Shown here in pieces: positions 19,375 to 30,500 of a stretch of DNA of 64,000 bases. The notes under the pieces were generated by a model. It was given only the letters and a program-made list of their open reading frames with translations. It did not search any database and was not told where the DNA came from. The stretch is from assembly GCA_938084745.1 (NCBI GenBank), contig CALKEZ010000006.1, positions 3,007 through 67,006 of the forward strand, written 5' to 3'. Position numbers and translations under genes: made by a program. Positions within the stretch are counted from its first letter, which is position 1. Each line of letters starts with the position of its first letter. This stretch comes from an uncultured Gammaproteobacteria bacterium (lineage in GTDB: Bacteria; Pseudomonadota; Gammaproteobacteria; Eutrophobiales; Eutrophobiaceae).

Positions 19375-20010
19375 ATGACATTAATGAACACTCAGTTTGT
19401 GCGACTTTTAAAATCTATATTATGCCTGGGCATGCTATTTCTCAGTTGTTTTATATCGGCTGAAGCCATCGAGGAAGAAGCGATTCAGGCTCCCGTCAAT
19501 GAATTGCATACAACCTTAATCAGCATCATGCAGGCGGCTGAAAAGCAAAGCTTTCAAGAACGTTACGACATTATGGAAAAGACCGTGCTTAAGCACTTTG
19601 ATTCGCCTCTGATAGCGAAAGTTATATTAGGTCGATACTGGAAAACGCTGGATCAAACTTCACAAACCGAGTTTATCGACTTGTTTAATCAACTGACGAT
19701 AGCCACTTATGTCGACCGATTTGATTCTTACGAAGGTGAAACTTTTAAAAACCTCGCTGTAGAACAAATGAAAGAAAATCGGTTTATGGTAAAAACAGAA
19801 TTTCTGCCGGTGGATGACGAGCCGATTTCATTTAACTACATTATTCAAAGTAATAAGGATAAATGGAAAATTATCAGTGTTATCGCTGATGGTATTAACG
19901 ACCTGTCGTTGAAACGGGCAGACTATTCCGCGGTCATTAAAGATCAAGGCTTTGATGCCCTGATAACCACTTTGAAAGAAAAAATAAGCGCCTTGAAACC
20001 AAAATCCTGA
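19375..20010 (+). CDS. hpnM: MlaC/Ttg2D-family periplasmic lipid-binding protein (HpnM-like)
   Basis: 211-aa ORF with a signal peptide. The toluene-tolerance Ttg2D-like pattern is present (ILGRYWKTL...F..LF...YV..F). Located in the hpn cluster. Confidence 0.7.
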   Translation: MTLMNTQFVRLLKSILCLGMLFLSCFISAEAIEEEAIQAPVNELHTTLISIMQAAEKQSFQERYDIMEKTVLKHFDSPLIAKVILGRYWKTLDQTSQTEFIDLFNQLTIATYVDRFDSYEGETFKNLAVEQMKENRFMVKTEFLPVDDEPISFNYIIQSNKDKWKIISVIADGINDLSLKRADYSAVIKDQGFDALITTLKEKISALKPKS

Positions 20011-20107
20011 ACAAAACTAATATTAAAAATTGTCTCCAGCCTTAAGGTATGTCAATATTTGCCGATAGATTTTAACAACCTATTTGCATTGCAAGAGAGA
20101 GTAGAAA

Positions 20108-20902
20108 ATGACTGGATGGCGATTATTTAATATAGCAAAACTCATTATTCCTACCTGGCTGATATTACTGGCGACGGGTTGTGCAACAACACAAAATAAT
20201 GACGGTGCTAGTGACCCATTGGAACCGGCAAACCGAGTGATCTTTGATGTAACAGAGACACTGGATAAACATCTTATAAAGCCAATAGCAGAGCAATATG
20301 TCGATGTACTTCCGGTACCCGTTAGGACCAGCGTAACCAACTTTTTCAATAACCTCGGCTACTTGAATGTCATCTTGAATGATTTTTTGCAAGGGAAATT
20401 TGAACAGGGAATAACAGATATGCTTCGCTTTACCTATAATTCAACGTTTGGTATTGCCGGCCTGTTCGATGTTTCTACACCAATAGGAATGCCGGCTAAT
20501 CAAGAAGATTTTGGCCAAACACTTGCTGTTTGGGGGGTAGATCAAGGCTCTTATCTCTATATAATCGCGCCAACCACAACACGTGACATAACAGATCAAG
20601 TACCAAGCACACTGTTAAACCCGTTCTTTTATATGCAAGGTCTAATTTTCGCTCCGATTAGCGCTCTAAGCGCTATAAATACCCGCGCCAATCTGCTTGA
20701 AGCAACTAAGATTCGTGACGAAGCAGCGCTTGATCCTTATTCGTTTACCCGTGAAGCCTATTTACAACAACGTGAATTTCTCATCTACGACGGCAACCCG
20801 CCGGATACTGGTTATGATGATATCTTCGGTGATAATGGCGATTTCGACGATTTTAGCGATGCCGGAGATAGTAACGATTCGGGAATACTGATCATCGAAT
20901 AA
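20108..20902 (+). CDS. MlaA/VacJ-family outer-membrane lipoprotein
   Basis: Lipobox LLATGC. VacJ motifs DPLEPANRVIFDVT, NNLGYLNVILNDFLQGK and EDFGQTLAVWGV. Acidic low-complexity C-terminal tail. Confidence 0.85.
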   Translation: MTGWRLFNIAKLIIPTWLILLATGCATTQNNDGASDPLEPANRVIFDVTETLDKHLIKPIAEQYVDVLPVPVRTSVTNFFNNLGYLNVILNDFLQGKFEQGITDMLRFTYNSTFGIAGLFDVSTPIGMPANQEDFGQTLAVWGVDQGSYLYIIAPTTTRDITDQVPSTLLNPFFYMQGLIFAPISALSAINTRANLLEATKIRDEAALDPYSFTREAYLQQREFLIYDGNPPDTGYDDIFGDNGDFDDFSDAGDSNDSGILIIE

Positions 20903-20954
20903 GTTTTTAGCCTGAATTCAGATACCGCCGATATAACCATTACAAGTCGCTGTA

Positions 20955-22172
20955 TTAGTTCATTAATGCAGCGACTTCTTCAATCCAATGTTTGACTGGA
21001 ACCGGACTTTTTTCCTGCAAGTGTTTAAGGCAACCGATGTTGGCTGTCAGTATCATCTCCGGTTGATTGTGCATGAGCTTTTCAATTTTATTTTTTTGAA
21101 GTTGGCCTGATATTTCTTCTTGTAACAATGAATAAACACCTGCTGACCCACAACATAGATGTGCATCGGCCACCGGCTTCAAACTAAACCCTAATCGCGC
21201 TAACAAAGCTTCGGTCACACCGTTTAATTTTTGTCCATGCTGTAATGTACAAGGACTTTGAAATGCAACATCTTTTGGGCTATGTAACGTTATTTTGTCC
21301 AATTCACACCCTGTGACAAATTCGGAAATATCCTTCGTCAACTCGGAAATCTTCGCAGCCTTCTCAGCATAGTCTTCATCTTCTCGTAATAAATAACCAT
21401 ACTCTTTGATGTGAACACCACAGCCACTGGCAGAGACAACTATCGCTTCTACACCCTGTTCAATAAGAGGCCAATACGCGTCAATATTATGTCGCATAAA
21501 TGATGTGGCCTGTTCTGCTGCAGTCAGATGCTGACTCAAAGCCCCGCAACATTGTTCTTGCTCTACTTCGATAACAGAAACACCAAGCGCATCTAAAACT
21601 TTTATTACAGACTGATTTATTCCTGGTGCCAATGCCGGCTGCACACACCCCGAAAATAGAATCACTTTTCGTGCATGCTCTTTGATATTTTTATTAGTGC
21701 CCTGCCCGGAATATTCCGGAAGCATCATTTTAATTTTTGCGGGAAGACATACCCGAACAACGCCCCCCAGCTTTAGCAGGAAATTAAATCGTTTTTTGTA
21801 AGGCAAGGTTTGTAATATCAAAAAACGAAACAAGCCTTGGTGCCACGGCCGCGATATTTTCGCTTCCACGTGCTGTCTTCCGATATCAAGTAGCTTCCCG
21901 TATTCAACACCGGAAGGACAGGTAGTTTCACATGCACGGCAAGTTAAGCAACGGTCCAAATGCTGCATCGTTTTATTTGTTGTTGTTTCACCCTCGAGCA
22001 TTGATTTAATCAGGTAGATCCTTCCCCTGGGGCCATCAAGCTCGTCACCTAAGAGTTGGTAGGTAGGGCATGTCGCTGTACAAAAACCGCAGTGCACACA
22101 GGAACGTAATATCCGTTCAGCTTCCTGCCCATCCGGGGTGTTGCTTATCGATTGTTCTATAAATGTTTGCAT
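20955..22172 (-). CDS. glcF: glycolate oxidase iron-sulfur subunit GlcF
   Basis: Two 4Fe-4S ferredoxin motifs (CVHCGFCTATCP and CLTCRACETTCP) plus CCG domains. Confidence 0.9.
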   Translation of the reverse strand: MQTFIEQSISNTPDGQEAERILRSCVHCGFCTATCPTYQLLGDELDGPRGRIYLIKSMLEGETTTNKTMQHLDRCLTCRACETTCPSGVEYGKLLDIGRQHVEAKISRPWHQGLFRFLILQTLPYKKRFNFLLKLGGVVRVCLPAKIKMMLPEYSGQGTNKNIKEHARKVILFSGCVQPALAPGINQSVIKVLDALGVSVIEVEQEQCCGALSQHLTAAEQATSFMRHNIDAYWPLIEQGVEAIVVSASGCGVHIKEYGYLLREDEDYAEKAAKISELTKDISEFVTGCELDKITLHSPKDVAFQSPCTLQHGQKLNGVTEALLARLGFSLKPVADAHLCCGSAGVYSLLQEEISGQLQKNKIEKLMHNQPEMILTANIGCLKHLQEKSPVPVKHWIEEVAALMN

Positions 22173-22177
22173 ATGGT

Positions 22178-23236
22178 TTAGAGTGTTGCGTACATTTTCC
22201 CGGGATTTAATATGCCGTGTGGATCAAAGGCATTTTTTAAACCTTGATGTAATGACAATAAGCCTTTCGATAATGGGTGAAATCTATCTTGTTCCTGATT
22301 CACGCCGCGAAACAACATCGCGCTGCCACCGGCAGCACTTGCCATTGCGAAGATTTCTTGCGCCGGTCTTTTTGAATTAAGCCAGTATAATCCACCACCC
22401 CATTCAATAAAAAAAGGCTCATTCTTTAAATCGAGAGTTGCATTTACCGGAATGGATATTCGCCAGACATTACTATCCGAGTTAAAGATAGCTGCTTTAT
22501 AATCTCGCAATTCGTTCCAGAACAGTTGACCTTGTTCATATTCATCCATACCTAACATCTTGCATGCTTCTTTTACGACTTTCTCATTACCGGATAGTCG
22601 AATAAACAAGGCTTTCCCATCATAAGCACTCGCCGAAACGGGCAATCCTCGTGCTGATAAACCAGGCATTATGGACAACGCTTTAGCAACCGGCATCGCC
22701 TGCTTAAATGTCATCTCAAACTCAGGTAATGGCATGACCTTGAGAGAAACGTCCAGAATGATACCCAGAGTCCCGTATGCACCAGTCATTAATCGTGACA
22801 GATCATAACCAGCAACATTCTTCATTACCTGACCACCAAACGTCAGGTCTTGTGCAAGACCATTAATACATCGAATTCCCAAGACATAATCCCGTACCGA
22901 ACCGCTATACGGACGTCGAGGCCCACTCAAACCAGTAGCAACAACACCGCCGATGGTCGTTTTAGCATTAATATGCGGTGGCTCAAATGCCAACATTTGA
23001 CCTTGTTCAGTCAACGCATGGTTGATTTCAGTCAGTGTGGTACCCGCTCTTGCTGTGATGTAAAGTTCTGTCGGTTCATAGCTGACTATCCCGCTATAAC
23101 CCGCCATTTCTAACGGTGTTCCTGTAATACTTCGCGCCAGAAATGCCTTACTATCACCGCCCACAATCTGCACTGGCCTGGCCTGCTCAATCGCGGAAGC
23201 AACCAGAGCCTGAATGGCCTTAATTTTATTATTCAT
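22178..23236 (-). CDS. glcE: glycolate oxidase FAD-binding subunit GlcE
   Basis: 352-aa FAD-binding PCMH-type domain protein lying between glcF and the glcD locus. Confidence 0.85.
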   Translation of the reverse strand: MNNKIKAIQALVASAIEQARPVQIVGGDSKAFLARSITGTPLEMAGYSGIVSYEPTELYITARAGTTLTEINHALTEQGQMLAFEPPHINAKTTIGGVVATGLSGPRRPYSGSVRDYVLGIRCINGLAQDLTFGGQVMKNVAGYDLSRLMTGAYGTLGIILDVSLKVMPLPEFEMTFKQAMPVAKALSIMPGLSARGLPVSASAYDGKALFIRLSGNEKVVKEACKMLGMDEYEQGQLFWNELRDYKAAIFNSDSNVWRISIPVNATLDLKNEPFFIEWGGGLYWLNSKRPAQEIFAMASAAGGSAMLFRGVNQEQDRFHPLSKGLLSLHQGLKNAFDPHGILNPGKMYATL

Positions 23237-23302
23237 AAGATTATCTACGATTCATTTTTAGATTTAATCATTTGACTATATAAACTTGCGATATAAAAAC
23301 CT

Positions 23303-23328
23303 AACCAAAAAACTAAAGTTTTTTGGTT
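23303..23328. repeat. Perfect 12-bp inverted repeat with a 2-nt spacer, in the divergent glcE / REC-GGDEF promoter region
   Basis: aaccaaaaaact aa agttttttggtt. The arms at 23303-23314 and 23317-23328 are exact reverse complements. Confidence 0.9.
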
Positions 23329-23409
23329 TTCGACCGAAATAGTCATCATAGATGAATATATCTGCATTATAAGAAGAACAATTTTACTAGTATAACTTGA
23401 AAGATAGCG

Positions 23410-24366
23410 ATGAAAGTACTGCTTGCTGAAGATTCTGTGACGATGATGTTAACCACATCATCCCTCATCGAGGAATCCGGGCATGATGTAATACCAGCAA
23501 AGGACGGAAAAGAAGCGCTGTCGTTATATAAATCTGAACAGCCTGATTTAGTATTACTTGATGTTGAAATGCCCGAATACACTGGTTATGAGGTCGCAGA
23601 AAAAATACGATCTGACAAAACCGGAAAATGGGTCCCGATAATGTTTTTGACTGCCCATCTGGGTGATGCGCATTTGCTTAAAGGAATTAATGCCGGAGGC
23701 GATGATTACCTGGTTAAACCGGTCAGTAGTATTGTTTTAAATGCAAAATTAAATGCCATGCATCGCATCTCAATGATGCAAAATGAACTCATCGATTTAT
23801 CCAAAGAACTGACCAAGGCAAACAATAAACTACAGAAGAGTATCATTACAGATCCACTTACCGGTGCTAAAAATCGACTTTTCCTGGATGATTGTATTAA
23901 ACGTGAATGGAATCGCTGTAAGCGTAACAAGTTCGAATTATCGTTATTAATTATCGATGTTGATAATTTTAAAACGCTGAATGATACCAACGGCCATCAA
24001 GCAGGTGATGCATGCCTGATTGATTTGGTAAAACTATTCAACTCACATTTAAAACGTTCATCAGATGTACTTTGCCGTTATGGCGGGGATGAATTTGTCA
24101 TTGTGTTGCCCGAGACATCCCCGGCTAGTGCCTTAGAGATTGGAGAAAGGATCAGAACCAGTGTAGAAAAATATACTACTCAATGTGTTACTGGATCATC
24201 TGTCGATATCAGTGTGAGTATTGGTTGCGCCTCGTATATACCCGATGACAGAATTAGTTTTGGTGAGTTTCTCACTTTTGCGGACAAGGCACTTTACGAG
24301 GCGAAGGATGCCGGTCGGAATTGTGTAGTCGAAGCAGATACCTCTAGAAAAACAATAGCGGCTTAA
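23410..24366 (+). CDS. response regulator-diguanylate cyclase (REC-GGDEF)
   Basis: REC domain (LLAEDS..., DLVLLDVEMP acceptor Asp, K in LVKP), a coiled linker, and a GGDEF domain with an intact RYGGDEF. An RSSD (RxxD I-site) lies 5 residues upstream of GGDEF. Confidence 0.9.
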   Translation: MKVLLAEDSVTMMLTTSSLIEESGHDVIPAKDGKEALSLYKSEQPDLVLLDVEMPEYTGYEVAEKIRSDKTGKWVPIMFLTAHLGDAHLLKGINAGGDDYLVKPVSSIVLNAKLNAMHRISMMQNELIDLSKELTKANNKLQKSIITDPLTGAKNRLFLDDCIKREWNRCKRNKFELSLLIIDVDNFKTLNDTNGHQAGDACLIDLVKLFNSHLKRSSDVLCRYGGDEFVIVLPETSPASALEIGERIRTSVEKYTTQCVTGSSVDISVSIGCASYIPDDRISFGEFLTFADKALYEAKDAGRNCVVEADTSRKTIAA

Positions 24367-25883
24367 TAACGTTCCAGATCGGGAAATTTGTCTTTACCTG
24401 CATGGACATGCATTGCGCCAAATTCTGCGCACCGATTTAAGGTCGGTACCGCTTTTCCTGGATTTAACAAGCCTTTTGCATCAAATGCTGCCTTTACTGC
24501 ATGAAACTGTTTCAATTCATTCTCATTGAACTGGATGCACATCTCGTTAATCTTCTCTATACCGACACCATGCTCACCGGTGATGGTGCCGCCCATTGCG
24601 ATACACAGTTTGAGTATGTCACTACCAAACGCTTCCGTTCGCGCTAATTCACCCGGGATGGCAACATCATATAAAATGAGCGGATGTAAATTCCCATCAC
24701 CGGCGTGGAATACGTTAATCACATCAAGTTGATACTTATCTGACAAGGCATTGATACCGGATAAAACCTCCGCGATGTTTTTTCTTGGAATGGTGCCATC
24801 CATGCAGTAATAATCCGGTGCGACTCGCCCCGCAGCCGGAAAAGCAGCCTTTCTTCCCGCCCAAAACAGGTCTGATTCCGCATCATTGTGTGCAACTCGG
24901 ACTTCACTCGCGCCATAGCGTATCAATAATTCTTCAACTTCAGCTAATCCAGTTTCAACTTCATCCTGAGTGCCATCCATCTCACATAATAAAATGGCTG
25001 CTGCATCGGTTGGATATCCGGCATGAACAAAGTCTTCAACGGCTCTAACACCAGCCTGATCCATCATTTCCAAACCTGCCGGGATAATCCCCTCGGCAAT
25101 AATAGCCGCCACAGCGTTACCGGCTTTCTCGATATCATCAAATGTGGCCAACAAAACCCGGCTGAAAGCCGGTTTTGGCGTCAGTTTCACGGTAACTTCG
25201 ACGACCACACCCAACATGCCTTCAGAGCCAGTCAATAGTGCCAATAAGTCATAGCCGGCTGAGTCAAAGGCATGGCTACCGATAGTCAGTATTTCGCCTT
25301 CGATAGTAACGATTTTCAACTGCATAATGTTGTGGACTGTCAGGCCATATTTCAGGCAATGAACCCCGCCTGAATTTTCAGCAACATTTCCGCCTATCGT
25401 GCAGGCGATTTGTGAAGAGGGATCGGGGGCGTAATAGAGGCCGTGTGTTTTAACCGCTTCGGATATGGCCAGATTACGTACGCCGGGTTGAACTGTTGCT
25501 GTTTTCTGTATGGGGTCAATGCCAATAATCTTGTTAAATTTCGCCAGACTCAGTAAGACACCCTCTGCATGCGGCATAGCGCCCCCGGAAAGTCCTGTGC
25601 CCGCACCACGCGCGACCACCGGTATGTCATTTGAGTGACAATAGGACATTATGGCTTGAACCTGTTCGATGGAATCAGGCAGAAGAACACAGCCCGGCAT
25701 CACCCGATGCGCCGAGAGTGCATCACATTCATAGACCCGTCGTGATTCCTCAGAGAGTAAAACAGCCTGGGTTGGGAGAAACTCGTTAAATTTGCTGAAA
25801 TTCATAGTTTTGTATTTTATGCTCATTTGACTGAGATGACAGCCTGCATATATCACTGTTTTATGACAATTTCCTGAACACAT
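24363..25883 (-). CDS. glcD: glycolate oxidase FAD-linked subunit GlcD
   Basis: FAD-linked oxidase motifs (ARGAGTGLSGGA; C-terminal GTITGEHGVG). The start is ambiguous: the ATGs at 25826 or 25805 give a length closer to known GlcD than the ATG at 25883. Confidence 0.9.
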   Translation of the reverse strand: MCSGNCHKTVIYAGCHLSQMSIKYKTMNFSKFNEFLPTQAVLLSEESRRVYECDALSAHRVMPGCVLLPDSIEQVQAIMSYCHSNDIPVVARGAGTGLSGGAMPHAEGVLLSLAKFNKIIGIDPIQKTATVQPGVRNLAISEAVKTHGLYYAPDPSSQIACTIGGNVAENSGGVHCLKYGLTVHNIMQLKIVTIEGEILTIGSHAFDSAGYDLLALLTGSEGMLGVVVEVTVKLTPKPAFSRVLLATFDDIEKAGNAVAAIIAEGIIPAGLEMMDQAGVRAVEDFVHAGYPTDAAAILLCEMDGTQDEVETGLAEVEELLIRYGASEVRVAHNDAESDLFWAGRKAAFPAAGRVAPDYYCMDGTIPRKNIAEVLSGINALSDKYQLDVINVFHAGDGNLHPLILYDVAIPGELARTEAFGSDILKLCIAMGGTITGEHGVGIEKINEMCIQFNENELKQFHAVKAAFDAKGLLNPGKAVPTLNRCAEFGAMHVHAGKDKFPDLERY

Positions 25884-25964
25884 CTAAAACAAGATAATGA
25901 TATAATGTATGACTCCTAAACGTTGTAGTTAAACATAATTGCGGTCATTAAAACGCTGAATCCC

Positions 25965-27509
25965 ATGAGTGAAGAAATCCTGATTAATGTTACTCCGCAA
26001 GAAACACGTGTTGCTGTTGTTGATAATGGCGTCTTGCAAGAGGTTCACATCGAGCGTTCCCAAAAACGCGGCCTCGTTGGCAATATTTTTAAAGGGCGAG
26101 TATCTCGTGTTTTACCGGGGATGCAAGCAGCATTCATCGATATTGGCCTTGAGCGAACAGGCTTCCTGCATTCATCAGATATTGTTGCCAGCAATACTGA
26201 ATATGAAATTGAACGAAACGAAACCGAACATATACAACCGATAGAATCAATTATCCGGGAAGGTGAAGAAATCCTGGTTCAGGTCATCAAGGATCCGATC
26301 GGCAGCAAGGGAGCTCGACTCACAACACGCCTGTCAATTCCTTCCCGTTATATAGTCTTCATGCCGGATTACCCATCGATAGGTATTTCACAGCGAATAG
26401 AAACAGAAGAGGAACGGGAGAGGCTCCGAAACGTTATACTAGGGTATCTGTCAGGTATTGAAAAACTGGCTGTGGGTAACGAGGACAATGTTGTCTTGCA
26501 CAGCGCCTTGCGTCAATCTGAAATCTTAAAGAAAGGCGGGTTTATCGTCAGGACAGCGGCCGAAAACATACCTGATGAAGATATTTGTAAAGATATCGAC
26601 TTTCTCAGAAAAATCTGGGAATCGATTCTGGTTCGTGCAAAAAACACATTCCCACCCAGCATAGTCTATGAAGATTTACCCCTGGTAATGCGCACAATGC
26701 GGGACCTGGTTCATTCTGAAGTTGAAAAAGTGCGCATTGATTCAAAAGAAACCTATCAACGCGTAATGCAATTTTCAAAACACTTCATTCCCGAGTTTCT
26801 AGCCAGAATAGAGTATTACACCGGCAGTCATCCGATACTCGACTTGTATTCGGTAGAGGATGAAATACAACGCTCGCTTAATAAAAAAGTACCGCTGAAA
26901 TCCGGCGGATATCTGATTATTGATCAAACTGAAGCCATGACAACGATCGATGTCAATACTGGCGCCTTCGTTGGCCATCGAAATCAGGAAGAAACAATCT
27001 ATAAAACTAATCTCGAAGCTGCACATACGATAGCCAGACAGCTCAGGTTGCGTAATCTTGGCGGTATTATCATTATTGATTTTATTGACATGAAAGATCC
27101 TGAGCACGGTCGCCAGGTATTACGTTCGCTTGAAAAGAATATCGAGAAAGATCATTCCAAATCAACACTTAGTGAACTTACCTCTCTTGGACTCGTTCAG
27201 CTAACCCGAAAACGAACCAGAGAAAGTCTGGAACATATCCTCTGCGAAACTTGTCCTACTTGTGACGGCAGGGCTTCTATAAAGACCCCTGAAACAATTT
27301 GTTATGAAATATTTCGGGAAATTTTACGTGAAGTCAGGCAATTTGATGCAAACAAATTATTGGTAGTAGCATCGCAACGCGTTGTCGATATGTTGCTAGA
27401 CGATGAATCAACCAGTGTTGCCGAACTGGAAGCCTTTATTGGTAGGCCTATTAATTTTCAGGTAGAAACTTTTTATACGCAAGAACAATACGACATCGTT
27501 CTACTTTGA
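25965..27509 (+). CDS. rng: ribonuclease G
   Basis: The N-terminal S1 domain opening (ILINVTPQETRVAVVDNGVLQEVHIER) and RNase E/G catalytic-domain motifs are present. Followed by yhdP, as in enterobacteria. Confidence 0.9.
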   Translation: MSEEILINVTPQETRVAVVDNGVLQEVHIERSQKRGLVGNIFKGRVSRVLPGMQAAFIDIGLERTGFLHSSDIVASNTEYEIERNETEHIQPIESIIREGEEILVQVIKDPIGSKGARLTTRLSIPSRYIVFMPDYPSIGISQRIETEEERERLRNVILGYLSGIEKLAVGNEDNVVLHSALRQSEILKKGGFIVRTAAENIPDEDICKDIDFLRKIWESILVRAKNTFPPSIVYEDLPLVMRTMRDLVHSEVEKVRIDSKETYQRVMQFSKHFIPEFLARIEYYTGSHPILDLYSVEDEIQRSLNKKVPLKSGGYLIIDQTEAMTTIDVNTGAFVGHRNQEETIYKTNLEAAHTIARQLRLRNLGGIIIIDFIDMKDPEHGRQVLRSLEKNIEKDHSKSTLSELTSLGLVQLTRKRTRESLEHILCETCPTCDGRASIKTPETICYEIFREILREVRQFDANKLLVVASQRVVDMLLDDESTSVAELEAFIGRPINFQVETFYTQEQYDIVLL

Positions 27510-27519
27510 TTTATCTTTA

Positions 27520-30500
27520 ATGTTAAATAAAATTTTTACAGGTCTATACCATTTTTGCTGGTATGCATTTGCCTTTATTATTCTGAATGCGGCTGTTCTG
27601 GTTACTGTTGTGCGTCTGGCATTACCCGAGATTGGCACTTATAAAACCGAGATACAATCCTGGGTTAGTCAACAGATGGGGCATCCGGTGGTCATAACTG
27701 ATATCAGTGCCGAGTGGCAAGGCTGGACACCGAATCTTTATCTCGGCAACATCGATCTATATACACAAGATAACAGCAACATCATCACGAAGTTAGACTC
27801 TGCACACATAGGCATAGACCTGATCGCCAGTATTCAAGCCGTTGAGATAATTCCAAATCACTTATCTGTTTCAGGCCTCGACCTCGGTATAAGCCGACAT
27901 CGCGACGGCTCGATATCCATAAGTAGTGATGATCCGCAGAGTCGTGATAGCAACAACACCGCATTGTCGGGTTGGCTGCTAAAACAAAAATACATCATTC
28001 TTGATAATGCATCTGTCAGGTGGAAAGATGAGACGTCTGCTAGCAAGGAAAAACAGTTCTCGAATGTACAAATCCAGTTAAGAACCGACAAACAACGTTT
28101 ACAACTTGAAACAAGTATTGGCTTACCTGAAGAATTTGGGCAGTCGCTTAGTATGAAGATAGACGTAACAGGCAATATTCTGACGCCCGACTGGAGTGGC
28201 TCTGTTTATGTCGCAGCGGAAGAATTTAAACCCTCCGGCTTACTTCATGCGATTAATATTAAAAGCGTTGGTGGCAATGGGAATTTTAAAATATGGACCC
28301 GTTGGGAAAAATCAAAGTTAATTGATTTCAGTGGCGAAACAACCTATTCCGACTTTTTACTTAGCAATGGAAATCATAACCTGCGCATCGACACTCTTGC
28401 GCTGAAGTTATTCGGCGAACGTCAATTGGACAGCACCTGGTTATTAAACGCAAAACTGGATAAGTTAAAAACGAAAAATGGGGCATGGCCTGCTTCGACT
28501 CATCAGCTAATCTTTACAAAAGACTCAAGTAAAAAAATACAATACAGTGCTTATTTTTCTTACCTGAAACTGGAAGAAGTTCTGCCTTTTGTAATATCTG
28601 CTAATGCTATTCCTGATAAATTTAAAAAAGCAATTCAATATCAATCAGTCAAGGGGGCGCTCATTGATTTGAAGATTGCTCATGGTACAGATTCAAAATC
28701 AAGTGACATGTTTCAGGTTGAGTCTGGCTTTAAAGATATTGAGCTCGTTTCCCATGACAATAAAAATGCTGCTTCCGGACTTGACGGCACTTTCAGCGCC
28801 AACAACGAACAGATAAATGTTCAGCTCAAAAGCGAACTGCCACAATTAAAAATCGGTTTTCTTTTTGATGAGCCACATACTCTTTCAGCACTCAATGCTC
28901 ATTTTGAGATCAGTAACAATGAGCTTGGTATTCAAGACCTGGAACTCAAGTTCACCGAGCTCTCTATAAGCTCATCTGGAAAAATACGCTTTGAGGATGA
29001 ATCACCCTTTGTCGATATGGTTGTGCATCTTGATGAAACAAATATAGAAAACATTCCTTCTTATTTACCAAAACAAACCAAGCCCAAATTAAGAGACTGG
29101 TTTAAACGCGCTTTGGCAGGAGGAAGAGTATTACCCAGCGATTTAATTTTTCGTGGTTACTTGAAAGATTATCCATTTAAGGAATCAGAGGGGCATCTTA
29201 AAGCCATTATTAATATTGCTGATACGACACTTGATTATAATGAGAAGTGGCCAGCGATTGATAATTTCACAGCAGAAATCATTTTGAACAACGACAATCT
29301 AAAAGTCTTGTCTCATTCAGGGTATATCTTTAATGCTAAAATCAATGACCTTACAGCAGAAATAAAAACCCTGGCCACGGCAAAACGTGAAATTGATATT
29401 AGTGGCAGATTGAATGGTCACACCAGCGACGCGAGAAATTTTATTGTACAAAGCCCTATAAATAAAAATAAATCCGTCAGCGATTTAATGAACAATATAG
29501 CAGGTGGTTTTAATCTCGATCTGAAATTAAATATCCCGTTATTTCCAAAGCAGCCAAAAGTTGAAGGTCTGGTTTCTTTTACAGACACCACCATAGAGTC
29601 GAGGCTGCCCGGACTTGGACTCGAAAAAGTAAATGGCGATGTTCATTTTACCAAAAATAAGGTTTGGGCAAGTGAAGTGGATGCATTGTATTACGGCACC
29701 CCGGTAACATTGACCATTCCCAAAATTGAAGAAGGCGCGCCTTATTCAGAAATATTCGAAATTAGCGGTTCTGCTGACAAGGCATTTATTATTAACCAAC
29801 TAGGAAGGTTCTTTCCCTCGTCCAGTAATGTTGGTGCAAAAATAAATGATTATTTCAATGGGGAGAGTAAATGGACCGTTGCCTTAAAAAAGTCAATTTC
29901 TGAAAACAACATCAGCAGCAGCGACGTTGAATTAAGCTCTGACTTAAACGGCGTTCAGGTAAGCCTGCCTTATCCCTTTGGCAAGACCAAACTAGAAAGT
30001 CGCCCCTTGACCATATCGACCAGATTAACTGATGTGTCGATTAATAAGATCACCTTTAATTATGACGACCTCTTTTATACTGACGTCATCGTCGACAACA
30101 GTAACAACTTGCTGATCAAAAATATATTGGTTGGTTTGGGTCAACCACATAGTGAAATAGAAGATACTAGCGATGTGTCAATACAGGGCAACCTCGACTC
30201 ATTAAACCTGTCAGAATGGATGAGTACCATTGCTGCCGCTAGCGCCGATAAATCACCAACAGATAGTTCAACACAGCCTCGCCATGTATCAGGCAATATC
30301 AATATTAATCAACTAAAAATTCTCGACAATAATTTTAATAATGTAAATGTAAAACTGGCCAACTCAACTGAAGGCTGGAATGTTACTTTTGACGGTAATG
30401 AAATGAAGGGAGATACCCGTTTTATCAAAGGTATAGAAAATCGACCGAATAAATTGAATGTCGATCTGGAAAAATTATCATTAGAAGGACATGAACAGGA

